A stretch of 64,000 bases of DNA from an uncultured Armatimonadetes bacterium (GTDB lineage Bacteria > Armatimonadota > Hebobacteria > Hebobacterales > Hebobacteraceae), in assembly GCA_963716175.1 (NCBI GenBank), contig OY970296.1:3776001-3840000 (forward strand). The letters run 5' to 3'. Positions 39,720 through 49,958 of the stretch are shown here, piece after piece (the stretch's first letter is position 1; each line of letters opens with the position of its first letter). A program made the translations under genes and the position numbers. Below the pieces are notes generated by a model. The model saw only the letters and a list, made by a program, of their open reading frames with translations, did no database searches and was not told the origin of the DNA.

Positions 39720-40793
39720 CTAGCCTCCCCCGAACTTCACGATTCGCACGACATCCTTGTAGGTAAGCACGAGCACCAGCAAGAGCAGCAGGGCGAATCC
39801 GACCAGGTGGACTATCACCTCTTTGCGCTTGTCGAAGGGCTTGCGTCGGATGGCCTCGATCGCCAGAATGAAGAGGCGGCTGCCGTCGAGGGGAGGGATG
39901 GGCAGCAGGTTCAGGAAACCAATGCCCACGGTGAGCGCGGCGGCCGTGCTCAGGAACCCCAGCCACCCCACTCTGGCTTCGGTGTAGAGCGTGTGTGCCA
40001 CTCCCACCGGCCCCATCAGCACCAGTGGCATCTTCCCCACCACCACGGCCTTAAGGTAGATGGCCAGCATCTTCACCATGGCGTAGGTCTCGACGAACCC
40101 CGAGACCACCGACTTGTAGACCCCAATCCGCTGCATGCGGAGACGGAACACGATCCCGATGCGGCCCACTGGTCTGTAGACCAGCTTCTTCCCGACCACC
40201 TCTGGCACTGAGGCCTGCTCCGGCCGAAGCGTCAGGCTCAGGTGCTTCTCGCCCCGCGCGACCTCCAGCGTGATGGGCTTACGGGCGCGGCCCTGGATCG
40301 CGGCCTGAACCTGCTCCAGAGGCAGGTTGAAGCGCCCATCGAACCCGACCAAGCGGTCTCCGGACATCAAGCCGGCCTTGGCCGCGGGCGAGCCGACGAA
40401 CACCTTCTCGATCACGTTGTCAACCGCGATCGGCTTGCCGATCACGGCCCCGATAAAGATGAAGATCGCCACCCCCAGCAAGAAGTTCATCAGACAGCCC
40501 AGCACCAGCACCAGGGCCTGCACCAGCCGGTTCTTCTTGTCGAAGCCCTGCGGGTGGTCGTCTCCCGGCTCCATCCCCGCGATGCGCACGTAGCTGAAGA
40601 AAGGCCACAGCCGGAACGAGTATTGGGTATCCCGGCGACGCACCCAGAACAGGAGGGGGCGGCCGAAGCCAATCGAGAACTCGTACACGGCCATGGCAAA
40701 GAGCCGGGCTCCGAGGAAGTGCCCGGCCTCGTGGACGAACACCGTGACCCCGAACGCGAGGCCGATGGCAATGATCTGGCCGGCTACGCCCAT
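39720..40793 (-). CDS. rseP: RIP metalloprotease RseP (M50 with PDZ)
   Basis: HEAGH, FSIGFG, GSPAAKAGL and NLLPIPPLDG. Confidence 0.92.
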   Translation of the reverse strand: MGVAGQIIAIGLAFGVTVFVHEAGHFLGARLFAMAVYEFSIGFGRPLLFWVRRRDTQYSFRLWPFFSYVRIAGMEPGDDHPQGFDKKNRLVQALVLVLGCLMNFLLGVAIFIFIGAVIGKPIAVDNVIEKVFVGSPAAKAGLMSGDRLVGFDGRFNLPLEQVQAAIQGRARKPITLEVARGEKHLSLTLRPEQASVPEVVGKKLVYRPVGRIGIVFRLRMQRIGVYKSVVSGFVETYAMVKMLAIYLKAVVVGKMPLVLMGPVGVAHTLYTEARVGWLGFLSTAAALTVGIGFLNLLPIPPLDGSRLFILAIEAIRRKPFDKRKEVIVHLVGFALLLLLVLVLTYKDVVRIVKFGGG

Positions 40794-41950
40794 CTCACCC
40801 GGTCCTTCTCCAGTTGCTCGCGCACCTCTCGGTCCACCGCCAGCAGATCCGCGACCGACTCGCCCGCGCTGACCTCACGCCCGGCGAGCGCCGCCTCAAT
40901 GATCGCCGGAATCCGGGTGAACTTGATCCTGCCCTCCAGGAACCAGGACACCGCCACTTCGTCCGCGGCACTGAGCACCGCGGGAGCCGTGCCTCCGGCT
41001 GCCAGCGCCTCCCGCGCTAGCCTAAGGCAGGGCCACCTGTCGGGCGGCAGAGGCGAAAAGTGCAGCGCCCCCAGGCGCGCCAGGTCCACCGCCGGCTCCG
41101 CCCGCGGCAGCCGCTCGGGATAGCTCAGCGCGAACTGAATGGGCAGTCGCATATCCGGGTTCGCCATCTGGGCGAGCACCGATCCGTCCACGAACTCGAC
41201 CAGGCTGTGCACGATGCTCTCAGGATGCAGCATCACCTCGATCTGCTCCGGCCTCAGCCCGAACAGCCAGCGCGCCTCGATGATCTCCAGACCCTTGTTC
41301 ATCAGGGTGGCGGCATCCACCGTCACCTTCGGGCCCATCTTCCAGGTGGGATGTGCTAGCGCCTGCCCTGGAGTCACGCCATCCAGGGCCTCGGCGGGAA
41401 GATCGCGAAACGCGCCCCCGGAGGCGGTCAGCACCACCCGCCTGACGGCGCTGCGGTCCTGTCCCAGCAGCAATTGGAAGATCGCGGAGTGCTCGCTGTC
41501 CACCGGGAGCAGCTGCGCGCCGGACCGGCCCGCCTCCGCGGTGATGAAATGGCCGGCGACCACGATCGGCTCCTTGTTCGCCAGCGCCACCGTCTTGCCA
41601 GCCCGCACCGCCTCCCACACCGGCGGCAGGCCCGCGATGCCAGCCGCCGCTGCCAACACCAGGTCGGCCTCGGGCAGAGTGGCGCACTGCGCCATGGCCT
41701 CCGGGCCTGCGGCCACCTCGACCCCCATACCCCGCAGCGCCTCCGCCGCCCGCCCCGCGGCCTGCGGGTCCGCTACCGCCAGCAGCCTGGGCCGGTGCTG
41801 CCGCGCCTGGGCCACCGCCACTTCCACCGAGCCGCGGCAGGCCAGTGCCACCACGCGGAAGCGATCCGGGAATGCGGAAATGACATCCAGAGCCTGGAGA
41901 CCGATGGAACCGGTTGAGCCCAGAAGGGCGATGCGACGCGGCTCGGCCAT
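40784..41950 (-). CDS. dxr: 1-deoxy-D-xylulose-5-phosphate reductoisomerase
   Basis: LGSTGSIG, LANKE, PVDSEHSAI, HPTWKMG and NKGLE. Confidence 0.97.
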   Translation of the reverse strand: MAEPRRIALLGSTGSIGLQALDVISAFPDRFRVVALACRGSVEVAVAQARQHRPRLLAVADPQAAGRAAEALRGMGVEVAAGPEAMAQCATLPEADLVLAAAAGIAGLPPVWEAVRAGKTVALANKEPIVVAGHFITAEAGRSGAQLLPVDSEHSAIFQLLLGQDRSAVRRVVLTASGGAFRDLPAEALDGVTPGQALAHPTWKMGPKVTVDAATLMNKGLEIIEARWLFGLRPEQIEVMLHPESIVHSLVEFVDGSVLAQMANPDMRLPIQFALSYPERLPRAEPAVDLARLGALHFSPLPPDRWPCLRLAREALAAGGTAPAVLSAADEVAVSWFLEGRIKFTRIPAIIEAALAGREVSAGESVADLLAVDREVREQLEKDRVRWA

Positions 41951-41957
41951 CCCCAGC

Positions 41958-42419
41958 CTATGGCCCGGCGAGGCTGACCCCAACCGCATGGCCCGGCCCC
42001 AGCAGCAGAATCAGCGAAAGCGCGACTCCGAGCACCAGGCCCAGGCCCGCCAGCCCCAGGAACTCCACCACCCCCCTGCCCCCGCGCTTGCTCGCCTCCC
42101 CGATCATCGCCAGCGCCACCATCAGGATGTCGAACACTGCCGCGAGCGTGATCACCAATAGCATCGCCTGGGTGATCTCCCTCCCCTTGCAGAAGGCCAG
42201 CACCAGGACCAGGGCCGCTACCATGAACGGCAGCGTGGCCACGTTCGCGCGGCCCCGCGCCTGCAGCCGCACGCGCAGCGCCTCGGCGATCAGCAGCGCC
42301 AGGCCCAAGGTGACCGCGAGCAGTGGCAGGCCGTGCAGGGCCGGCACCTGGTCGAGCAGCACCATGAGCACCAGCAGAGGCAGGCTGATCGCAAGTTTCA
42401 CCAGAAAGCTAGCTCGCAT
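41958..42419 (-). CDS. Small membrane protein in the cdsA position (possibly degenerate CdsA-like)
   Basis: 153 aa, about 5 TM segments, between uppS and dxr; lacks SPKKT, KD and DRxD motifs. Confidence 0.6.
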   Translation of the reverse strand: MRASFLVKLAISLPLLVLMVLLDQVPALHGLPLLAVTLGLALLIAEALRVRLQARGRANVATLPFMVAALVLVLAFCKGREITQAMLLVITLAAVFDILMVALAMIGEASKRGGRGVVEFLGLAGLGLVLGVALSLILLLGPGHAVGVSLAGP

Positions 42420-43176
42420 TTTCCACTCCACCGAACCGGCGCTGCCGGCCCTGGTAATCGAGCAGGGCCTGGTAGACATGGGCCTTACGGAAGTCGGGCC
42501 ACAGCGTGGCAGTGACGTAGATCTCGGTATAGGCGATCTCCCACAGCAGGTAGTTGGACACCCGCAGGTCGCCGCCGGTCCGGATCAGCAGGTCAGGATC
42601 AGGAGCATCCGGGCGGTAGAGACGCGCGCTCAGGTCCGATTCGCGGATCTCATCTGGTTTCAGCCGGCCCGCTTCCACCTCCCGCGCCAGCCCGATGGCA
42701 GCATCCAGGATCTCCTGCCGGCCGCCATAGTCAATGGCGAGCTGAAGCGTCAGCCCGGAGTTTGCGCTCGTCATCTCAGTCGCCCGGTCGATCTGCTGCT
42801 GGAGGGAGGCTGGCAGCCGCGCCGTCCTCCCCAGCAGCCGAATCCGCACTTGGCTGGCGTGCAGCTCCGGCAGCTCGCCTCGCAGCGTGTTCTCGATCAG
42901 GGCCATCAGCGCCCGCACCTCCGGCTCCGGCCGGCTCCAGTTCTCGGCAGAGAAGGTGTAGAGGGTGAGGAAGCCGATCCCCAGCTCCCCACAGGCCGAG
43001 ACCGTATCCCGAATGCTCTGCGTGCTGGCGCGATGGCCTTCCATGCGCGGCAGGCTGCGCTGTTTCGCCCAGCGACCGTTGCCGTCCATGATCACCGCGA
43101 TGTGGCGAGGCAGCCGCGACTGGTCCAGCCGCGCCTTCAGCTCCTGCTCAGACCACTGCTGCCCTGCGCTATCCGT
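42409..43176 (-). CDS. uppS: Undecaprenyl diphosphate synthase (start uncertain)
   Basis: PRHIAVIMDGNGRWA, FSAENWSRP and DLLIRTGG..RVSNYLLW; frame open upstream to an ACG at 43176. Confidence 0.95.
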   Translation of the reverse strand, partial: TDSAGQQWSEQELKARLDQSRLPRHIAVIMDGNGRWAKQRSLPRMEGHRASTQSIRDTVSACGELGIGFLTLYTFSAENWSRPEPEVRALMALIENTLRGELPELHASQVRIRLLGRTARLPASLQQQIDRATEMTSANSGLTLQLAIDYGGRQEILDAAIGLAREVEAGRLKPDEIRESDLSARLYRPDAPDPDLLIRTGGDLRVSNYLLWEIAYTEIYVTATLWPDFRKAHVYQALLDYQGRQRRFGGVENAS

Positions 43177-43387
43177 GCCGGTCCTCCCCCTGCGCCAGCC
43201 CCACGGAAGCCGCCACCACCAGCTCCACCCCCTGCGGGGCCCAGCGCTCCCTCACCACCCGCCGCGGTCCGCCCGGGCCGCCTCCGGGGGGCGCCGTGCA
43301 AGCCACAGCGGCCACCGCCAGCCCGGCCTCCTCCAACACTAGCCGCGCCTCCTCCGGGAAGCGGGCGATCACAGAAGGCCTGTTCAT
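43169..43387 (-). CDS. Small PASTA-like protein between frr and uppS
   Basis: ATGA overlap with the frr stop; EEARLVLEEAG..T.PP..RVVR..VELVVA pattern. Confidence 0.6.
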   Translation of the reverse strand: MNRPSVIARFPEEARLVLEEAGLAVAAVACTAPPGGGPGGPRRVVRERWAPQGVELVVAASVGLAQGEDRHG

Positions 43388-43953
43388 CCCTCCATGATCT
43401 CGCGCTCTTTGGCCTTCAGGAGCTCGTCTACCTGGGCGATGTGCGCGTCCGTGATCTTCTGCACCTGCTCCTGGAATCGCCGCAGGTCGTCTTCTGACAT
43501 CTTGCCATCGTGCTGCAGCGCCCGCAGCCTCTCCACCGTCTCCCGCCGTCCATTCCGGACTATGACCTTCCCCTCCTCCGCTTTCTTCGCCGCCGCTCTG
43601 GACAGCTCTTTGCGCCGCTCAGTAGTGAGCTGTGGCAGCGGCACCCGGATGAGATTGCCGTCGGTATTGGGGTTCAGCCCCAGATCCGAGCTGGTGATGG
43701 CGTCAATGATCGGCTTGCCCATGGTTTTCTCCCAGGGCTGGATCATGAGCAAGCGCGGCTCCGGCGCAGTGATGGTGGCCACCTGCTTGATCGGCACGGA
43801 CTCACCATAGTACTCCACCATCACCCGGTCCAGGACGGCGGGGTTGGCCCGGCCGGTGCGGATCGTGGCGAACTCCCGCTTCAACGCCTCGATGGCCTGG
43901 AGCATGTGCACGTCCGTGTCCTTCATGATCTGCGCAATCAGGTCCTTTGGCAT
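43384..43953 (-). CDS. frr: Ribosome recycling factor
   Basis: IRTGRANP, YYG, DLGLNP, PQLTTERR and KEREIM. Confidence 0.97.
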   Translation of the reverse strand: MPKDLIAQIMKDTDVHMLQAIEALKREFATIRTGRANPAVLDRVMVEYYGESVPIKQVATITAPEPRLLMIQPWEKTMGKPIIDAITSSDLGLNPNTDGNLIRVPLPQLTTERRKELSRAAAKKAEEGKVIVRNGRRETVERLRALQHDGKMSEDDLRRFQEQVQKITDAHIAQVDELLKAKEREIMEG

Positions 43954-44012
43954 GCCGGGATCCTCCTGTCGGCCGACGGCCTTCCCGCCTCTGGCGCGCC
44001 TGCCCCTCGCTC

Positions 44013-44726
44013 TCAGCTGATGGTGCTGCCGATGTCCTCCCCCAGCAGCACTCGCTTGATATTGCCAGCGGTAAGAAGATCGAACACGATCACCGGGATC
44101 TTGGTGTCCATGCTCAAGGAGATGGCGGTGGCATCCATCACCTTGAGCCCGGCGCTGAGGGCCTGGTGATAGGTGAGACGGTCCAGCTTCTTGGCGGCAG
44201 CGTCCATCTTCGGGTCCCGGTCATAGACACCATCCACCGTGGTGGCCTTCAGCAGCGCCTCTGCGCCGATCTCGGCCGCGCGCAGGGCGGCTGCGGTGTC
44301 CGTGGTGAAGTACGGGTTCCCGGTCCCGGCGGCGAAGATCACCACCCGGCCCTTCTCCAGGTGGCGAATCGCCCTGCGCCTGATATAGGGCTCTGCCACC
44401 TCGTGCATCTCGATCGCCGTCTGCACCCGGGTCTGCACCTCCAGCGACTCCAGCGAGGCCTGCAGCGCCAGGGAGTTGAGCACGCTCGCCAGCATCCCCA
44501 TGTAGTCCGCGGTGGTGCGCTCGATGTCGTGCAGCGAGTGGGAGCGCGCCCGTAGGAAATTCCCTCCCCCCACCACGATGCCACACTCCACCTTCAGCTC
44601 CCCACACTCCTGGATCTCACCCGCGATCCGGTGCACCATATCGGGATCAATCCCGAACCCGTTCTCGCCCGCGAACGCCTCACCGCTGAGTTTGACCACC
44701 ACCCGCCGATAACGCGCCTCAGCCAC
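44013..44726 (-). CDS. pyrH: Uridylate kinase
   Basis: KLSGE, GGGN, DYMGML and GNPYFTTD. Confidence 0.97.
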   Translation of the reverse strand: MAEARYRRVVVKLSGEAFAGENGFGIDPDMVHRIAGEIQECGELKVECGIVVGGGNFLRARSHSLHDIERTTADYMGMLASVLNSLALQASLESLEVQTRVQTAIEMHEVAEPYIRRRAIRHLEKGRVVIFAAGTGNPYFTTDTAAALRAAEIGAEALLKATTVDGVYDRDPKMDAAAKKLDRLTYHQALSAGLKVMDATAISLSMDTKIPVIVFDLLTAGNIKRVLLGEDIGSTIS

Positions 44727-44752
44727 CTCGCCCTCCAGGGATGCGGTCGGCT

Positions 44753-45352
44753 CTAGGCCTCATCCCCCAGTTGATAACGCACGAATCGCCGTACCGCGAT
44801 GTTCTCTCCGAGCTTAGCGATCGCTTCCCTGATCACGTCCGCCACGGTCTTCTGATCATCCCTGACATAGGGCTGGTCCACGAGGCAGACCTCGCCGTAG
44901 AACTTCTTCAGCCGCCCCTCCACGATCTTGTCCAGCACCTTCTCGGGCCGGCCCTCTTTGATCGCCAGCGACCGGTAGACTTCCTTCTCCTGCTCCAGCA
45001 GCTCGGCCGGGATCTCCTCCGCGCGCACCCAGCGGGGCTGCTCGGCGGCGATGTGCATCGCCAGGTTCCGCGCCAGCGCCTGGAACTCGTCGGTGCGGGC
45101 CACGAAGTCCGTCTCGCAGTTCACCTCCACGAGCACTCCGATGCGTCCCCCGGCGTGGATATAGGAGGCGATCACGCCCTCGGTCGTCTGTCGCGACATG
45201 CGGGCATCCGCCCGCGCCATCCCCTGCTTGCGCAGCGCGATCGCCGCCTTCTCCAGGTCTCCATCGGACTCGGCCAACGCCCGCTTGCAGTCCATGACCC
45301 CAGCGCCGGTCTTGCGGCGCAGCTCTTGCACCTGTTGTGCTGTTACCGCCAA
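44753..45352 (-). CDS. tsf: Elongation factor Ts (short form)
   Basis: [13 protein letters not shown] and [10 protein letters not shown]. Confidence 0.97.
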   Translation of the reverse strand: MAVTAQQVQELRRKTGAGVMDCKRALAESDGDLEKAAIALRKQGMARADARMSRQTTEGVIASYIHAGGRIGVLVEVNCETDFVARTDEFQALARNLAMHIAAEQPRWVRAEEIPAELLEQEKEVYRSLAIKEGRPEKVLDKIVEGRLKKFYGEVCLVDQPYVRDDQKTVADVIREAIAKLGENIAVRRFVRYQLGDEA

Positions 45353-45413
45353 TCTCGTTCTCCCGTGATAGGCATCTACAAGGGATTCCCTGGCTGATTC
45401 CGGCTCTCGCTCG

Positions 45414-46373
45414 CTAGGTCAGCTCCGCCTCGCTGGAGGGCTCCTCTTCGTCATACCCCTCAGGCTCTTCCGCCTTCTCCTCGGGCGCTGATTCCCCCGC
45501 GAGCGGCGGCTCCGCCTCTCCTATCAGCTCCCCCTCGTCGGCTTCCCACCCCAGGTCGCCCTCCGCGCTCGCCTCCTGGCCCGCGGCAGCCTGCAGCATC
45601 GCCTCCTCGACCGCAGCCAAGCTGGCCCCCACCGGGGCCTCGGCCGCCACCTCTGCCTCCGGCAGCCCCTCTTTCGCTCGCCGCGACTCGTACTCCGCCT
45701 TCCCCTCCAACACCGCCTCCGACATCTTGGTCGTCACCAATCGGATGGCCCGGATAGCATCATCATTGCCGGGGATGGGGAAATCCACCTCATCGGGATC
45801 GCAGTTGGTGTCCACGATCGCCACCACCGCGATCCCCAGCCGCCTCGCCTCCAGCAACGCGATCCGCTCCTGCCGCAGATCAACGATGAACATCGCCCGA
45901 GGCGGGGCGGACATCTGCTCGATCCCGGTCAGCACCCGCTCCAGCTTCGCCTTCTCCTCCATCAGCCGCGCCTGTTCCTTCTTGGGGCGCCGGTCCAGGC
46001 TGCCGTCTGCCTCCATCTTCCGCAGCTCTTGCATCCGCTCGATCCGCTGCCGGATGGTGCGGAAGTTGGTCAGCATGCCGCCCAGCCAGCGCTCGGTGAC
46101 GTAGTACATGCCCGCGCGCTCCGCCGCCTCCCGGATCGCCTCCTGGGCCTGTTTTTTCGTCCCCACGAACAGCACGGTGCCGCCGTCAGCCGCCACCTCG
46201 CGTAGGAACGCATGGCCGTCCTCCAGCCGCTTCAGCGTCTGGTGGAGATCAATGATGTAGATCCCGTTGCGGCCCGCATAGATGAACCGCTTCATCTTGG
46301 GGTTCCAGCGACGGGTCTGGTGGCCGAAATGAACCCCGGCCTCCAGCAGCTCCTTCATGGTCACCAGCGGCAA
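45414..46373 (-). CDS. rpsB: 30S ribosomal protein S2 with an acidic C-terminal extension
   Basis: [22 protein letters not shown] and IPGNDDAIR; TTG start at 46373. Confidence 0.97.
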   Translation of the reverse strand: MPLVTMKELLEAGVHFGHQTRRWNPKMKRFIYAGRNGIYIIDLHQTLKRLEDGHAFLREVAADGGTVLFVGTKKQAQEAIREAAERAGMYYVTERWLGGMLTNFRTIRQRIERMQELRKMEADGSLDRRPKKEQARLMEEKAKLERVLTGIEQMSAPPRAMFIVDLRQERIALLEARRLGIAVVAIVDTNCDPDEVDFPIPGNDDAIRAIRLVTTKMSEAVLEGKAEYESRRAKEGLPEAEVAAEAPVGASLAAVEEAMLQAAAGQEASAEGDLGWEADEGELIGEAEPPLAGESAPEEKAEEPEGYDEEEPSSEAELT

Positions 46374-46620
46374 GGTCAGTCCCCTTTCCCATTCCTGGAG
46401 CGCGCCACCTATCCGCTTCGGGCGCCAGGGCCTAGCGCGGACTGGGGCCCGGCAGCGCGCCAAGAGATAGCCCTCGGCCCTGGTAAGCGTCGCGGGCCTG
46501 GACAGCAGGAGTTTAGCACAAGAGCCGCAGGCCGCGCAAGCCTCGCCCCCGCCGCGGATTGTGCTGGAGGTGGCAGACAGCGTTCCAGGAGTCCCGTCTG
46601 GAGACGGAGGAACGGTAGCC

Positions 46621-46752
46621 CTAGAAGCTGTTTCATAACCTTCCCAGGGGAGGTTATGAAACAGCACTGCACAACGTCAGGCCGTGGCAGGCGCATTTCA
46701 TGCGAGGGCGTGGTGCGGCCAGCCAGCAGGTAGGCTATGAAATGCGCTCTAG
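46621..46752. repeat. CTAG-flanked MITE-like palindrome cluster
   Basis: GCTGTTTCATAACCT/AGGTTATGAAACAGC and GCGCATTTCAT/ATGAAATGCGC inverted repeats; CTAG at both outer ends. Confidence 0.55.
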
Positions 46753-48945
46753 CGATTCAGCCAAGCCACCAGGCCGGGAACGCGGCGCTCCGCCGGGGCC
46801 TGGGCTGCCGTAACCTGGACGCTGGCGACGTGGTATTCCCGGCCCTTCGATCCGGCCAGCGCTTTGTCGCACGCCAGGCAGGAGGACTTACCTTTCACCC
46901 GCAGCCACAGCAGCAGTTCATACTTCCCCGGCGGCGCCGGCTCTCGCGGGTAGATGCGATGCCGCTCCCGCAGCACCTGTCCCCCTCGCCACGCCTGCGG
47001 GGGCAAGAGGTCATAGCCCAGCAGGTTGATCTCCTGCCAGACTCGCCCGCTCTCACGGTTCTGCAGCACGGTCACCACCTGGATGGGCCGCCGCTCGTAG
47101 CCGGCCAGTGGTGTCCAATAGAGGGTGAAATCCAAACACTCACCTGGCCGCAACTCAGCTTCCTCCACCTCTGCTCGCACCAGCCCCACCTGACCTCCGA
47201 ACTGCACCGTGGGCCTGGGGGGGAGGTGGGCCAGAAGCATCTCCGGCTTGGGCCTCTGGGACAGCACCCGGGAGACCGGGCCCTCGGGCACCAGCCAGTA
47301 GCCCTGATCCTGCAGCAGCTTTCTGCGGTAAGTCATCTCCTCCACGAAGTAGGCCACCGGATATCGCGCCACCACATCTTTGCGCGTCAGCCGGTTGAAG
47401 CGGGCGTCGGTGTCCACCGAGGCCGCGGCCAACAGCGTTACATCCCGCCGCTGTCCTGCCACATGTCTCAGATACCAGAGCGGCCCAATGCACCACCAGT
47501 CAGCCAGGACCGCGGCGCCGGGTTCCACCTCCCGCAACACCGCTCGCCCGAACAGCTCCGCGCTGAGGTCCCGGCTCCCATCCACCTTCGCCAGATGGCT
47601 GCTGAAAAGCGTGAATGGCAGGGCCAGCAGTAAGGCCAGGGTGAGCCCATACTGCCAGGCCGGTCTGAACGCTCGGCTCTCCCCGTGGGCCCGCGCCACT
47701 GCTTTCGCACCCAGCTCCAGAGCAGCCGCGGCGCCGGCTGCGATCAGGCCGGCAACGGCGAGGTCCAGAGGGAGGTAGTAGAGGTAGATGTCGAAGATGC
47801 TGAAGTTGCAGGCATAGGCCACGTCCACGGCGCCGATCAGGCCCAGGAAGACCAGGAGCTTGCGATCTCGGCGCCACAGCAGGCCCAACCCCACTAGCGC
47901 AAGGGCGCAGCCGGCGATCCCGAACTCCATGCCTAGCCGCCTGAAGTTGGCGAGGGCTCGGCGCCGCGGGCAGTAGCAGGCCGTCGCTGAACATGGATTG
48001 CCGCGCTCCCGGCGCGGTCATCAGATTCCAGAGATCGGCCAGGCTGTGCGGGTTATTGGGATAAGGGGGCGGGTTGGCGGCCGCCCGGATCGGGAGCAGC
48101 GCGTAGACGGAGAGGCCTAGCACCAGGAAGCCGAGACAGAGGACCACGCGGCGATGGGCGAAGAAGCGCCCGCCCCGCTCCGCCCACACCAGGTACATCA
48201 ACGCCGGCGCCATCAACAGGGTCAACGCGTGGTTGCCCAGGCTGATCCCGACTAGCCAGGCCAGCAGATACAGCCATCTGTCTGTAGGGCGGGCATTCCT
48301 GTGGCCGCCGCGCTGTTCGTAGGGGAGCCCCTTTGCGGGCTCCTGGTCTGTTGGGCAGGGGTTTGCCTCCTGCCCGCTCTCTGCTTGCGCTGACCTCCAC
48401 CGCAAGACGACCAACACCATCACCGCGGCCAGGCACACGTGCAACGTGAAGACATCCGCCTCCGTGGTCGTATCCCAGAAGGTGGCGCTGAAGGCGAATG
48501 CCAGCGCCCCTACGAATGCCGCCCCGCGGCTGCCAGAGATAACGCGGTAGGCCAGGTAGAGCAGGGACACCCCGAGCGCGCCCAGCAGCGCGTTCATGAG
48601 GTTCACGCGAAACGCTACCTCGCCGATGGGCAGATGAGAGAACGGGTAAGCGATCAGCATCCAGGTGGGGTAGCCGGGGGAGTGGCCGACGCCGAAGAAG
48701 TAGGCTGCCGTGGTCAGCTCGCTCGAATCGCCCCAGCCGAAAGTCGGCCGCATGGTGCGCAGGTAGGCCAGGAGGCAGAGCACGAAGAGCAGGACCGGAG
48801 GGAGCAGATCGCGTGCGCGCCGAATCGCGCCGCGTCCCTGGTATCTGGGCGTGGAATGGTGCCGCCATGTGGATGCTCGATTCGGCAGGAGCTTCAGTCG
48901 CCTCTGGCAACCTGCCTCCGGCCAGATACAGCACCTATTCCACAA
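46749..48945 (-). CDS. DUF2723 (TMEM260-like) membrane glycosyltransferase; frameshift near 47960, start uncertain
   Basis: WGDSSEL, GVGHSPGYP, FRVNL, EADVFTL and LGNH; C-terminal LTLYW and PGKYELL extracellular domain. Confidence 0.82.
48284..48375. repeat. Three REP-like palindromes inserted in frame in the DUF2723 gene
   Basis: GTAGGGCGGGCATTCC..GCCGCC, GTAGGGGAGCCC..GGGCTCC and GTTGGGCAGG..CCTGCCC. Confidence 0.75.
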
Positions 48946-49008
48946 TCCAGTCCGCGTTCTTGCGGGGAGGTTGGGCAGGAGCTCGCTCCTGCCCTGTCGT
49001 TGCCTGTC

Positions 49009-49953
49009 CTACGGAAAATGCTCCGCCACCATCTCATTCGTCACCCGCACGTAATCCTGTGGAGCGCCGCAGCACTCCGGCGGCGCCGCCAAGCACCGCA
49101 CCGCGAGCCATTCACGTCGTTCGGGCTCGCGCACCCTCGCCAACGCCTCGTCCCGCGCCTCTGCGCTCGGGAAGACGGCGCAGACGAGATGGTCGAGGCT
49201 CACCTGATCTCGCACCATGAACTCGTGCATGCCGTCACTATCGAATCCGGGGAGGCCCTCAATCTCCACCCGATGGAAGAACAAGCGCACGCCGGGCTCG
49301 TAATCGTCCTCCATCGCTTCGTCAACGATCCCTTTGCGCTGCGAATGTGACACCTTCTCGCCGGCAAAGTACCTATTCTCTGGGACGCCGAACCCGACGA
49401 AGTCAGCGCATCTGCGCGGGTCGAGCAGGTATCTGGCTCCTATTGGCTCACCAGACAGCAGCCCCATGTGAACGCACTGGTTGAAGCTGAACAGCGCGCC
49501 GTGCGCGAAGATGCTGCAAGCTCTATCCACGGGGGTGGAATGCGTGAGGAGACCGCTGAGAACCGGGTTCGGCTCGTCGGGCAGCGTCTCGAAGCCGCAC
49601 GCCTTCCCCGCCCGCCCCATGGCCATGAACCGGATTTCCTTCAGCGCATCCGCGATGTCCTCCGCGCTGGCCTTGCTCTCCGCCCCCGCCTCCAGGAGCT
49701 TCGCCTCGGCCCTGAGTCGCTCAAAGTAGCAGTCATGGCGGGCCGCCGCCTGCAGCAAGCGTGCCACACCGTCTCCGGCTGTTGCTTCCTCGTCTCCCAC
49801 CACCTCCAGGTAGCGGCGCAGATAGAGGATGGCAGTCTCCTGAGACGCCTGCGCGCAGGTCTCAGCGTCTCCCCGCTCCGCAGCCGCCAGCGCTGCTTTC
49901 AACATTGGCTCAGCCATCCGGTGCGTCTCGTGCATCCACGCGATGAAGTCCAC
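49009..49953 (-). CDS. Hypothetical protein with a HEPN-like N-terminus and a possible ADP-ribosyltransferase-like C-terminus
   Basis: CAQASQETAILYLRRYL helical pattern; LTHST..ACSIFAHGALFS motif. Confidence 0.6.
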   Translation of the reverse strand: MDFIAWMHETHRMAEPMLKAALAAAERGDAETCAQASQETAILYLRRYLEVVGDEEATAGDGVARLLQAAARHDCYFERLRAEAKLLEAGAESKASAEDIADALKEIRFMAMGRAGKACGFETLPDEPNPVLSGLLTHSTPVDRACSIFAHGALFSFNQCVHMGLLSGEPIGARYLLDPRRCADFVGFGVPENRYFAGEKVSHSQRKGIVDEAMEDDYEPGVRLFFHRVEIEGLPGFDSDGMHEFMVRDQVSLDHLVCAVFPSAEARDEALARVREPERREWLAVRCLAAPPECCGAPQDYVRVTNEMVAEHFP

Positions 49954-49958
49954 TGGCC

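Noticed and set aside
44753-45352. Short EF-Ts as a truncation
   Set aside because: Roughly 200-aa EF-Ts is a normal form in Thermus, cyanobacteria and many Firmicutes.
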